NCBI GenBank assembly: GCA_040954595.2
Contig: CM082584.2
Coordinates: 7,583,919 to 7,647,918, forward strand
DNA length: 64,000 nt
From: Balanoglossus misakiensis
Taxonomy: Eukaryota > Animalia > Hemichordata
Direction: 5' to 3'
Positions 33,401-45,210 of the stretch are shown one piece after another; position 1 is the first letter of the stretch; each line of letters starts with the position of its first letter. The position numbers and the translations under genes were made by a program. The notes beneath the pieces were generated by a model that saw only the letters and a program-made list of their open reading frames with translations, did no database searches and was not told the origin of the DNA.

Positions 33401-36400
33401 CACTGAGTAGGCCAGGCAGTGGCAAGACCGTTGGCAGTGGTAGTGGCGCTGGCGAGGTCGAAAAGAAAGTCACTGGCTCGCGCACGAGCAGCCACAGGCC
33501 AGGTGAGGGATATTTTCAAGTCACAGGTAACCCCACAGCTTGCACCGGACTTGTCGTACAAGATGCCGGTAGAAATCAAGTTGGTCTAATCTTAATGCCT
33601 AAAGTGTGTTCATTTTGTGTTCTTTCACAGAGAGTAGGTCCAGCATGATGTCGGCCTCCATTGCGGAATCGGAAAGCACAGCTATAGTGGGTCTGTCTGG
33701 CAGGGAGACGGCCTCAGCGACGGACGTCAGTGCAGCTGTCGATGACAGCGTTCTCAAGGTGGGTACAGGTCCAACTGGGAATTGTCACTCAGAAATAAAG
33801 CATCAAAAAGAGGAATTGAACACACAGTTGTTTTCATCTTTTTTTCTCAATATCAAACAGTCAACCAGTGTTTAATGCAGTGAAACCTGTCTAAACCGAA
33901 CGCCAAAGGGACTGAAGAAATTGTTTTCGGTTTACAGAGGTTTTTGGTTCGTAGTGGTTCTTTTAACATTAAACTGCCGTCTTGCCTTTAACCTGTCAGT
34001 GATTTTTTTCTCTTTCTTTTTTTTTATCTGAAGTCTGAAACCCTCAAACAAGATCTGTTTGTAATGGAGAGGGTAGTAACGCACAACATCTACCAACCCA
34101 AACAAGCAGCGTACAGACATCTGCCAATATTGCCTGGTAAGTCGAGACTGATAGCATCACAACACAAATCTTCGGTGCTCCGGAGTTTAACAGGTAGTTC
34201 TGAGCTGTCACTGACTTATTGGGAACTAAACCAGGATCCAAATTTTGTGAAAAAATTTCAGATATCGATAAAGAAGTGAGCGAAGAAGAAGGCGCGGGTC
34301 AGGTGATTGCGCAGTTGGGACCCAACATCGACCGACTCTGGGCGTACAAATGCAGCGTCACCAAAGGAAGGAACGTCAGCTGTATGTCCTGGAATAAAGC
34401 CAACACGGTGAGCGGTTTTAACCCCTTTTCATCACCTTGGTTCAGTCCAAGCCCATTGTTTTTCTGTGGAGGTTGGACCTCGAAAGAGAGAACTGGAGGT
34501 GAAAGGTTTATTTAAAGGGACTCTGGTGTGACTTTGTTGTTGCTATTTTTTGTTTCATCTGAGAAGGCAGTTTTCAAGCAAAACAGCTGTGAAAGAATAC
34601 AGTCATTTTGTTCATACTGGACATGAACTTTGTAATTTGAACTCCAAATACAGACGTGGAATAAAAAAGTGACGTTTTTATTTTGTGTTTGTTTTTCAAA
34701 TGTAGGATCTATTGGCTGTTGGATACGGACAGTTTGGCTTCAGTGAGCAAAAAGGCGGCGTAGCCTGCTGTTGGTCGCTGAAAAATCCCGAGGTAGGTTA
34801 ATTTCGGTGGGAGTAAGACTTTGTCATTTCTCTGGTGGAATAAATTGTCAGAGTTGCTGTGATTTGGCCATGGCTGCACAAACATGACACACACAGCCAA
34901 CTGAACATGCCTAGATAGCAGTACATGTTATGAAATAAAACAGGACAGGATTCTAACACATACATGGTGTAGTTTGTCTGAAAACAATTTTGCTTTGAAC
35001 ATCAGTTACATGAGGAATCTGTTTCTGGAAAGAGGTAATTGATATTAAGTATAATTGACTCGACATATTTTTTTTTATCTACAGTTTCCAGAGCGTGTGT
35101 ATCACACAGAGACTGGGGTCACTGCCATGGACTTCTCCGCAACCAATCCAAACTTGCTTGCTGTGAGTATCAGTCACCAGCAGTCATGTAGTTATGTGTG
35201 TGTGTTTTTAGCAGTTTACAAAATACGTACTTCTCTGAATCCGTTCTCAGCAGTCATTAATTACTGCAGTTTTCAGACGACTTGATATTAACGCTTTAGA
35301 AAGACTCAACATATCTCACACTGTCCCATTTCCAAAAATTTTCTAAAATCTTGGTTACAGGTTGGTCTATACGATGGTACAGTGGCGATTTACAATGTCA
35401 GGAACACCAGCAATGAACCGGTACTGGACAGTTTGTAAGTATGACGTTTTGACGCTGTTCACATACTTCAGAAATAACAAACAAACATGGTTTTCGCAAA
35501 GTGATCTTTTAAATTCAGCCGTGTGTATAAAGTGAACCTGACCACTGCCATTGGCACCCAGCTGAGTCAGAAATGGCTAGGCTGTGGTGTTGATGTTGCA
35601 GTGGAATAGGGTCACTCACTCTGAGCCAAATCTGGCCACAGAGGGCTCATCTACCGGTAGTCAAAAAAATGTGTATACACATCGAGATGACAGTGTACGT
35701 TTGTGAGTGACCGTGAGTTTGAAATTGGTGTTTCTTTTGCATATAATTCTTGTTGCAAAAACTGTCTCCTTTCTGTGGGAAAATGTGCATGTTTGTATAG
35801 TTTGATTTATTTATGCTTGGCATCTTCAGAACTAAACGGGCTTGAGCAGCTTCTGCAATAAATTGCGTGTCTTTCTTGCCATATTCCATTACTGTTTATT
35901 ATGTATACCGTATGCAGCCAGCTGTCTGTGATGTGTTTATGTGTACAAGTTGAACAACCCCCATATTTCCCATGTACATGTCTATGTTGTAATCGTGTGT
36001 ATTTTGGAGTTCTGCGTTTATGTACAAACCACTCCCTTGATTACAAAACGTGGCGTGTAACACACAAAGTTTGAGGTGGAAAACACACCATTGCAAAGTG
36101 TGAGCCCACCAGTGCATTTCAGAAGCCATTTTGACCATGTTCAGTTTTACAGAAAATTGCATGAAAATAAATTTGAAAATCACTTGGATGTATTGAAAAT
36201 TTCCAGTGGATACAATACACTCCTTATCTGCCAGGACTGTTCAATTCAAATCTATCTTTGTGATTTGTTGCTTGCCAGGTGTGCCCTAAGCTTCTATGCA
36301 AATACAAGAAGAAATCAATTCTTTTTGCCTGGGCAGCAAATTGCAACCACGCTGTGGCCAATCGTCTTCTTGTGATGTTATCCCCCAAAAATATAATGCA

Positions 36401-39400
36401 ACTCTTCCCATTTTGTTATCACTTTTTTTTATGACTGTCGCTTTTTTTTTGCCACTGCTTTAAAGAGGAGAGATAAGACCCACGGGGCAGTAAGTACCGT
36501 AACTCCCATCATGATTCACACCAAGAGTGATTCTTCTGTGTTTGTCTGTTTTTAACCGTAGAATCCCTTTTTTACCCTCTCACTGTGGTCTGTCACCAAG
36601 ACCGGATATCTCACCGTGTGGTTTAATATTATTGTAATATGTCATTGTCATAATGTGTGTGGTTCATTGACATTTCACTGTCTGGTTATTATAGATCTGT
36701 CTTTCTTTTTTACTTTCTTTCTTTCTTTGTATTGTGTGACTGATAAGTGATCACATCCAAAAAATTAAATTAATTCTGACCGAGAATCTCAGTTGCCTGG
36801 TTTACAACTTCAGTGGTGGAGGGGAGTTAGGTAAAATTGCTTAAAAACTTGATGTCAAATAATTATTTTTACAAAGATGTTACTTTGTAAAAAGATTTTC
36901 ATTTCACTTTCCAAAAGATGACAAGGACTTAAAGTTCTGATTGAAATTTTCCAGAACAGAGTGTGAGGATAGGTATAATACTATCCACCATACTCACCCC
37001 CCACCCTAAAAAAATTACAAAAAAAAAACACCTCAACATTTTTTGCCATCCCCATTCACCCAAATTCTTGGTCCCAATCCCATTATTTCTAACACTGTGG
37101 TTGATCCCACATGTGGGTAAAAGAAGGGGGGTTAAAGGGTTAAGGACTGGTTCATTTGTTTGCAATCATACCCAATGTTGTTTTGATTTCTTCCTCCAAG
37201 TTCCAAGCGTACACTCACATTTCACTGACTCCTATGTCTAGCTGTGGTAATCCATGTAGAAATAGTCATTCTGTGTGCTTGTTGTACTGTAGAGAATCAC
37301 AGAGTTTTACTGAGTAATCACCCCCGCAAATCATTTCTTTATTATTTACAGTGAAATTTATCTCCAGAGCTACACATGTATATCACTTTAATGTAATACT
37401 TTGTGTGTAGCTTTAGGTAAATTTCACTGTTTTTGATGTCCGTTTCTGCAATTTTGTGGTGTGTTTATACAGAGACACTTTTTTTCACCCTTTCACCCCA
37501 TTTCCGTGCAAGTGGGTTCAACCCTGCCGTTTATTGAAATCAGTGGGGTTGAACCACTACGAGGTCATGGGAGTGAAAGGGTCGCGACAAGCCGAAACGT
37601 GTGCACCTTTCTAGTGTGAAATTTATTTTTTGCGTTATTTAATAACATCGGATGAAAAACTACTGTCCCATATCAAGAAAATTGTATTGAGCAATTCACT
37701 TTGGTGTAGACTTACATTTGGCGCAAGATTTCGATCCATTGACCAACTCAGTACCTTGATTTCGACACAATTGTGTGGGAAAACAACATATTGATTGTTA
37801 GGGCCAATATACAGGTATGCCACTGTAGATATCAATGTACCGTAACACTAGTAATTATACTCACTTTGCATGCTTCTGTATTAAATGCAAATTTCTTCTG
37901 CAAATCTCCACCCTAGTCTCTCGGGCAATATTGTAAAAAAACAAAAAACAGAATGGTAATTGTGGTAGTGGACTCACATGTACATCACCATTCTCTACAC
38001 CGAGACTAGCGTGGATCCTTTCAACCTAGCTGAGGAGTCTCACCGATTCTCTGCTATGTCAGCAGACCCTGGTCGGGCTCCTTAGCTAGGTTGAAATCAT
38101 CCAGGCTGGTCTCTGCTTGGAGAAGGGGGTTGTCATCACCGTTCTCCACACAGAGACAAGCTTGGATACTTTCAACCTAGCTGAGGAGTCTGACCAATTC
38201 TCTGCTATGTCAGCAGACCCTGGTCAGGCTCCTTAGCTAGGTTGAAATCATCCATGCTAGTCCCTGCTAGGAGAATGGTTCAATCACGGGCGAGAGATTT
38301 CCTATTTTAATTTTGCCCTGTCACTACGCGTCTTGGCACACAGCGAGAGTAACGGCAAACACTCGGCGCCCGTGTGGCAGTTGAAGTGGATCGAAAAAGA
38401 CCGGGGATCCAGCGAGGAGAAAGGAGAGGTTCTGGTGTCTATCTCGTCCGACGGCAGAGTCACACAGTGGATGATACGGAAAGGATTTGAATGTTCAGGT
38501 AAAAATTGGAAAAACATCACTTTTCCCCCCCAAAAAACACAGTCCAATAAGAATAGATTTATACAGCTGGCCAGTGAGTATTCACACTCACAATGTAAAC
38601 AAGTTTCAGTAATTGAAGAAGTACAAGTTTTCTAATCATTGGTTTTAATTTACTTCATTCACTCAAAAGATCTGATGAAATTGAAACGAGTTTCCACCAA
38701 ACAAGGCAAGAAAGGACAGGAGACGCAGAAGAAAACTGAAGCCTTCATCTCAAGACAGGCTCCGGGAATGTGCTTTGATTTCAACGCCAAAGATCCCAAC
38801 ATGTAAGTCAGGTCATCTCAAAGTGTGCTTCTTGGAGATCGAATGGCCACTTATGGATCTTAAAAAAACACTTATGATGTCTGTAATTTATAGCATTATA
38901 CAGTAGAGGCTTGAAGACAGTTTACATTTTCAAATGCACCCATTAGTTGTGATAGAAACACTTTTTCATGGCATACACTATTTAACACCAGATGTTGCGT
39001 TTATACGTATTTTGTAGCTTGTTTTAAAAAACAAACAAACATTTAAAAGTAAATTAATAATTGAGTATGCATAAAAACATTGACGTTGGATCAATTTGAA
39101 TGCAACTGATCTTTTTTTTTTCTCCTTCTACAGTTACCTGGCTGGAACAGAGGAAGGACACATTCACAAATGTTCATGTTCTTACAATGAACAGTATCTA
39201 GATAGTTACTTTGGACACACGGTGAGTTAACTTGCAATCGTATAGCACTGACTCTGCACTGAGAATGTGTGTTGTATCGCCTGTTTCCTGTGTGCTTTTG
39301 AACTTGACTGCAAGTTAATACAAATGTATATGCAACAGATAAATCAGCAAAAAGGTTGATGGATGCAGGGTTCTCCCCATGGTCTGCGCTGGTCGGGCTG

Positions 39401-42400
39401 AACCCTTGGTGGGCATCAGCAACTGTCCCTCACGGTTGTCCTGGTTTCGATATTGCAGGGGCCGGTGTACAAGGTGCAGTGGTCGCCGTTCCTGCCAGAC
39501 ATCTTCCTCAGTTGCAGCGCCGATTGGAGCATTAGGCTGTGGTGTCAAGACCAGTTGCAGCCACTCATCAACTTCCATTCGTCCACTGTGAGTATTGTCC
39601 TGTCCCCCCAATGGGGGAAGTCCCAGAATGGGGAATGATGGATTGGGTATGGTATGCGTGTTGAAATTTCTAGAAATCCTCAACTTGATTCAGAGCTTTT
39701 AAAATGTGTTATCAAAGAGGGCACACTGGTTATGAAGTTCCAGTAACAATGTCTGTCTATTTTTTCTTCTCATCCTGCAGAAATCGGTCATGGACATCTG
39801 TTGGTCTCCCAAATCCGCCACGGTGTTCGGTTGCGTCAACGAGGGCGCTGTCGAGATCTGGGACCTCAATGTCAACACGTGAGTTTACACTAGAGCAAAC
39901 GCTGCCATCAGTGGTGAAAAATTTGCAAGGAAAACATATTACCGTTAAAGTCATTTTATAAGACGCACCTTTTTTGAGTGACAGTGTGTGCCGAAAAGGG
40001 GGTGCGACTTATAATACCAATGTTCTGTTGTATTCATTTCCTTCAAATCTCCTTCCAAACAAGTCTTTCAAAGAAGGGGTGCGACTTATAATACGGCTGC
40101 GACTTATAAAGTGACTTTAACGGTACTTCTCCTGTCTCTAGTCTATGCTGTGGCAGACGCACCGTAGACTTGGAAAATTGTCTGTGTGGTTTCATCACCC
40201 TTTTGAAGTGATACTCGCTAAATGATTTCATCGCCATTAGCGGCAAAATTTCAAATGCACTCAACGCGAAAAAACTAATGTTCCTTTGCTTCTACATGTA
40301 TAGATTTAATTTTGTTACCTGGGTTCAGAAACGGCATAGATAGAGTCAGGATCAAGTAACCTGTATAACCATTGATATTTTATCTCTGGTGGCACGGTGG
40401 GTTTTAAACCACCAGCCATTGATTTGCATTCAAGGTCAGCTCCAACTGACCGGATGAGTGCATGCAGTGGCTATCCTGTACACACAGTCAGTGTTATCTG
40501 ACATGCTGTAATTATCGCTCTTGTGTAAATCACTTGTGGGCTTGATGGATGTTAAAGTCACTTAAATATGGCATATATATAATAGCGATATATAAATTTA
40601 CATACTCTAAAAGTAAAAAAATATATATATCAATGATATATAAAATTTGAATTCTCTAAAATATAAGTGAAACAAATTGTATGTGAAGTTTGACATAATT
40701 TGTTCAGATTCAAACAGTTCTTCTGATTTTCTGAACATTTCTAGTTTATTATTCCTAGAAATCGTATTGGTAGAAATGTCACCGAGGTTTGACTTGTCAC
40801 TCGTATCTGTGGCTGATCCATGTTTTAGTTTTCATTAACCTTGATGTGTACGTTTGCTACAGTTTAGATCCAATACTATTCAGTGTTCCGACACCCGGAG
40901 TTAAGTACAGCAGCATTACATTTGCCCTGAATTCGGACGTAAGTATTTAGCCAAGCAGTGAACACTCCGCTCCACACACACACACACGCATACATGTTCA
41001 CCTACTTTTCACGCAGTGGTACAATCCGACATGCGGGGAACAAAAGATTGGATCGTACCACGCAGTGAAATAGGTGGGCCGTAAAGCTTGTTTGTGAAAC
41101 GCATCGTCATGTTCATCGATTTCTTTTGCCGTAGTTTGGACCCCATAATATCAGTGCCACCACCGCTCGAGCAAAAACTGACCACCTTCATGTTTAGCAA
41201 GTGCTCGGACGTAAGTACGACTCAGCTGTGCATGACCACGTGATCTGTAGACGTGTAACGAGGGTTGGCTGTATTTAATTTAATCGGACTGTCGTTCTTT
41301 CTCTCAGAATAACCCAGTTTTAATCAAATTGGTTTCACTGTACCTCACTGTGTACACACTAAGCTAACTTGTAATCTGGAACACATGCTTGCAATCGCCA
41401 TTACAGACACAGACAGTTTAATTTATTTTTAAATGTGTATACATGTACCTCAGGTTTTTTTTTGTCAGGGTCCGTGGTTCACCGTGATCGTGAATCAGCT
41501 TTCCAAACCTGTAGATAAAAAGTTGCTGGTCCATAGCTCAGTGTTTTGAAATTTGGAGCATCTGAATCGAGTAATTACCCCCCTCCCCCTCCTCCAAATG
41601 TAGTTGTCAATGTTGCGGGGTTTCCGTTGGGGTTTGACCTGTCAATCAAAGGTCATGCCATCTCCCCTCTAATTTAAATGCGAGAAAAAACAAAAACACC
41701 ATGGTTGAAAATATGAACTGCGCATGACAATCACCATAGCTCTGCAGGGCGAAAAGCCTGCTGCTGTAGATATAACAAGCCAGTCACAACCAAGCAGGTT
41801 TGTGGTCGCTAAACCCCCCCCCCCCCCCCCCACCCTGACTACCCTCATTCATCAAAAGACGCATTCAAAAATGGTATTAGCATGCTTGTGGGTTTAAAGC
41901 TAAACTTTAACCTTCACAATTTTTTTTTTCCCTCACGGGCTTGGTGTGTTTAATACTGGAGATTCAAGGATCAGTTTAACATTGGCAATGGGACTAATGT
42001 TGACTATTAATGGCTCTCATAACATCGATTCGTGTTGACATAGAACACAGAAACAGCTAACACGGTTTTTTTTATAAAAATGTATTCGCTTGGCATAGTA
42101 CAGACATCAGTGACAAAGGTTCATCTGCCTGGCAAAATAGTGAGGGATAGTCAATTTCATATCATATCTTCCAGGAAAAAAAAATAGCTTAAATGAACCA
42201 TAGCAAATAATCCTTGCTTAACCTTCGACCTGTTATTATTACGATGTCAAAGGTCGCAGGGAAGCACGTTGAAAAATTATTCAAATCACAGATGTCTGTA
42301 CATTGGGGTCAAGGTTCTACAAATTGAAAGCATATTTTGTAATCTTTCACTGTCAAAACATGAACAGTTCCAAAAAAAAGATTCACGTTTGCGGGCTGCC

Positions 42401-43679
42401 TGGTCATGTAGGGAAGCAAGTGACTCCAGTTCACCATTTATTCTCATGGTCAACTGAAGCGAATTCGTAGTTCTAAAAACGCCAAATGGCTGACAGTGGG
42501 ATTTCTTGATCTGAGTGTCCAGTCGTGACTGTCATTCGGATACAACTTCATACGGGAACTTTATTGTACGTGTTCTGGCAGTGAAAAAATTACACTGAGA
42601 CTCTGCCAGACATGGGCAGCAGCTTTCATTATTTATCCAGTCACCCACCTCACCACCCCCGGTGTGCAGGTTAAAAAAAAACACGTCAATGAAGGCAGCA
42701 GGACTAAACCGAAATGTGACATTGGCAGGGTTTTGAAGCAAGTCACCTTTCCCATGCTTTGTGCTTGATGCAACCGCGGCCACACGTCACCACGATAGCT
42801 ATGTGCTTGAATGATGTAACCCAGGCTATGTTAACACGGTGGTCTTCACAGCTGCTAGCTGCACAGCACATTCGGATGTTACTGACGCTGAGAAATGAGT
42901 GTCAAGGCCGCAAAATCCCTGTTCCTGAAAACAGTGACAAGAAATACTCTTTTCTTGTATCTTCCATTTTTTTTTCTCATTCTTTACTGCGTTTTTGTCG
43001 ACAGTGTGTGTTGGTCGGTGACAGTGAAGGACAAGTGGCCGTCTTCCAGCTCAGATGTATGCCATCTGTTGCAGAAAATCAGGTAATTCACCGGAGGTCT
43101 AGTGATCCAGTGCCTGTGACATCAATCAGACATTTGCAATCGGCCAGATCTCAGCTTACCTGTGGTCAAAAATTGCTGTCTTTGTAGTGTCAAGGCATTG
43201 CACTTTTTTCACATTTTCTTTTTCTGTCACAAAGTTTCAGAATGACCAAGTATCGCTTAAGCTTATGAACTTTCATTTCTTAACCCTTTCAACCATAGTT
43301 CCCTCTTTAGAGGGCCAACATTACCATAGAAAATAATGGGTTTGGACTGAACTGTGGTGGTGAAAGGGTTAAACATGGCAAAAATCGGCCATCTTGGAAT
43401 TGTCAACCATGAGATTTTCAACACTCACCTAGGTAGCAAAACCCTATTTAAGGTAGTAAGAATTCTGCCTGTTCCACAGTCCACACTGCACAGATCAGTT
43501 TTAAAAATTTGCACAGGCAAGCATGCCAAACCTCAAGCCTGCATTGCCGGAATGCATTCGATATCTGCAAGTTCACACAAAGTTTGGAAATATTTCTGTG
43601 TTAAAATTTTGTACAGGTTGAGTTGCTACAGAAGATTGTCGAGCAGAACTCTATGATCAACAATACCAAGAAGAAGTAA
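30420..43679 (+). CDS. DNAI4: Dynein axonemal intermediate chain 4 (WDR78), about 811 aa, 22 coding exons
   Basis: Exons 30420-30620, 30888-31010, 31262-31332, 31659-31765, 32104-32285, 32731-32838, 32977-33052, 33371-33502, 33631-33758, 34034-34136, 34262-34407, 34706-34792, 35085-35162, 35361-35434, 38344-38498, 38670-38802, 39134-39221, 39459-39587, 39781-39878, 40863-40938 (or 41135-41210), 43005-43082, 43617-43679 (2436 nt). Motifs: LEETETIWLLD, MERVVTHNIYQPKQ, DLLAVGYG, CCWSLKNPEFPER, SISSDGRVTQW, YLAGTEEGHIHKCSCSYNEQYL, FLSCSADWSIRLW. Confidence 0.95.
31464..31577. mobile_element. piggyBac-type MITE copy (diverged, with poly-G expansion)
   Basis: caccatggtttgatccaagcccatt ... ggacctctttagaggga ... 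gaaagagTTAA. Confidence 0.65.
34418..34511. mobile_element. piggyBac-type MITE copy
   Basis: TTAAccccttttcatcacc ... ggacctcgaaagagagaactggaggtgaaagg, starting about 11 nt after a DNAI4 donor site. Confidence 0.7.
36466..36489 (+). other. Candidate 24-nt microexon in DNAI4 intron 14
   Basis: T-rich tract, TGC, TAAAG acceptor and CA|GTAAGT donor. Inserts in frame (L-GEIRPTG-H). Confidence 0.5.
37983..38280. repeat. Two tandem copies of a ~150-bp palindromic (MITE-like) unit
   Basis: Units at about 37983-38132 and 38134-38280, each with arms ttcaacctagctgaggag ... ctccttagctaggttgaa. A short relative lies near 45415-45461. Confidence 0.8.
39940..40125. mobile_element. TcMar (Tc2-like) MITE with TA target duplication
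   Basis: TA-ccgttaaagtcattttataagacgcacc ... ctgcgacttataaagtgactttaacgg-TA, with internal gtgcgacttata subrepeats. Confidence 0.7.
40387..40473 (-). mobile_element. Degenerate tRNA-derived SINE-like segment
   Basis: Minus strand reads ...ggtcagttgg...gaatgcaa...ggtggtttaaaaccc...gccacca, with A-box-like and B-box-like motifs and a CCA-like end. It does not fold as an intact tRNA. Confidence 0.3.
41135..41210 (+). CDS. DNAI4: Alternative (duplicated, likely mutually exclusive) exon 20b of DNAI4
   Basis: 76 nt, same length and phases as exon 40863-40938. Encodes LDPIISVPPPLEQKLTTFMFSKCSD versus LDPILFSVPTPGVKYSSITFALNSD. Both end TCGGAC|GTAAGT. Confidence 0.8.
43280..43372. mobile_element. 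piggyBac-type MITE copy nested in an older repeat
   Basis: TTAA-ccctttcaacc ... ggtgaaaggg-TTAA. The flanks match the uninterrupted repeat at about 3587-3720. Confidence 0.85.
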
Positions 43680-45210
43680 ACATGGAGACGGAAGTCGGCG
43701 GCCATCTTGAAACTCTCATACCCGATGGCTCCGATGAGAGTGGTGCCGAAAAGCAAATAACTCAAAAAAAAAAAAATTACAAAAAATTGTTTTTGGAGCA
43801 ACTTGTTGATTCCAACTACACATTGTTTGTTCACAAACAATAGACATATTTCCGGCAAAATTTGTTTCTTTACGAACCCGATACATAATCGGTCTAATTA
43901 ATTTTAAGTGGTGTATATATTATGTTTGCCATTTCATGTACAGCACTTGTGGTTTTGAGCCCTTCTCGAAGTTAATCCGGTTTTTGTTGTAGATGTGTAC
44001 AGTTTCAGCAGGTGACAGAGATGCGGAAACACTCCTGGGACCTGCTGGAAGTTTTCCGGGAATTTTCTTGAATGTTGTCTTTTCCTTAACATTTGTGTAA
44101 GATTTTTTATAAAATGATAGAAATGTAGAAAACTCAGTGACAACATTATCACTGGTACAGTTTAAACACGGTGTTTTATTGTATATTCCCCGCTACAAGT
44201 GAAGTATATTGTAAATATCTTGTAATATTATGAAGATATGTAAACATGTAAGAAAAGACCATTTAAAAAAAAATATTTTTATTAAGTAATTTTTAATCTA
44301 ATTATGACTCATTGTATTAAGACTGTTTACATGAATTGGATATAAATATGTTTCCTTTTCAAAAAGTGTATAGTGGCTTTTGATCTTGTGTCAATGTTAC
44401 AGGTTGGTCTTTGTATTTAAATGCAGCAATTCCTGTTTTAAAATTGTTTCCTATGTTACTGTGCGTTCAACCACAAAAATTTTAAATTTGGCAATGACAA
44501 ATGTTGAAACGACCATGAACTGTTACATTTGGCCTATCACAAAACTCAGCACTAAAATTAGCAACAGAATGACCAATAACACTTCTTTTTAAATGAAGTT
44601 AACAGTTAATATTGTCTGTGAATTTTTTAATGTAAAAAAGTTATGTACAGACCTAAGACTGTCCTGAGGAATACAAAATTGATTTTTTATATAAAAAAAA
44701 AGGAAGTAACATTTTCAAGAATTTTATACAATGAAATGTTCAGTAATCACTTGATCTGATGCGGCTTTCCCAACATTAATATCGAACAAACCAACTACTT
44801 AAAATGTTATGGGGACCTAACATGACACTGATATGGGTAAAAAAAGCCCATTTCAGGACAGAAAAGGCCACAGTAACTGTAGTTTTTTTCATTCATTGGA
44901 ATGCAATTTGTCGGTAAAGTTCGATAAAAAACAGTCTGCTTAAACTTCTCATAATCTATTCCAGTTTGTTGAGTGCCAGTCATGAAAATTACAGGGAAAA
45001 TTGTTTCATTGTAACAAACAACAAAAATCAGACTATGCATTAATTTCAAATCACATTAAAAAGAAAACATGGTGGCCATGCACCAAACCTAAGATTCTGA
45101 TTATCTACATTAATAGCGAAGGAGTCTACATGTCAAGGTTTTTCATATATAAAAACTTCACCGTCCTGTCCCAACCCAACCCTACTCAAAACTGCCTTCA
45201 CAGTGCTTCG

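Noticed and set aside
36279-36375. Possible alternative terminal exon of DNAI4 after ttgccag
   Set aside because: Would truncate the WD40 propeller, the peptide is not WD-like, and there is no supporting evidence.
40387-40473. Functional tRNA gene
   Set aside because: Boxes are degenerate and no cloverleaf forms; kept only as a low-confidence SINE-like relic.
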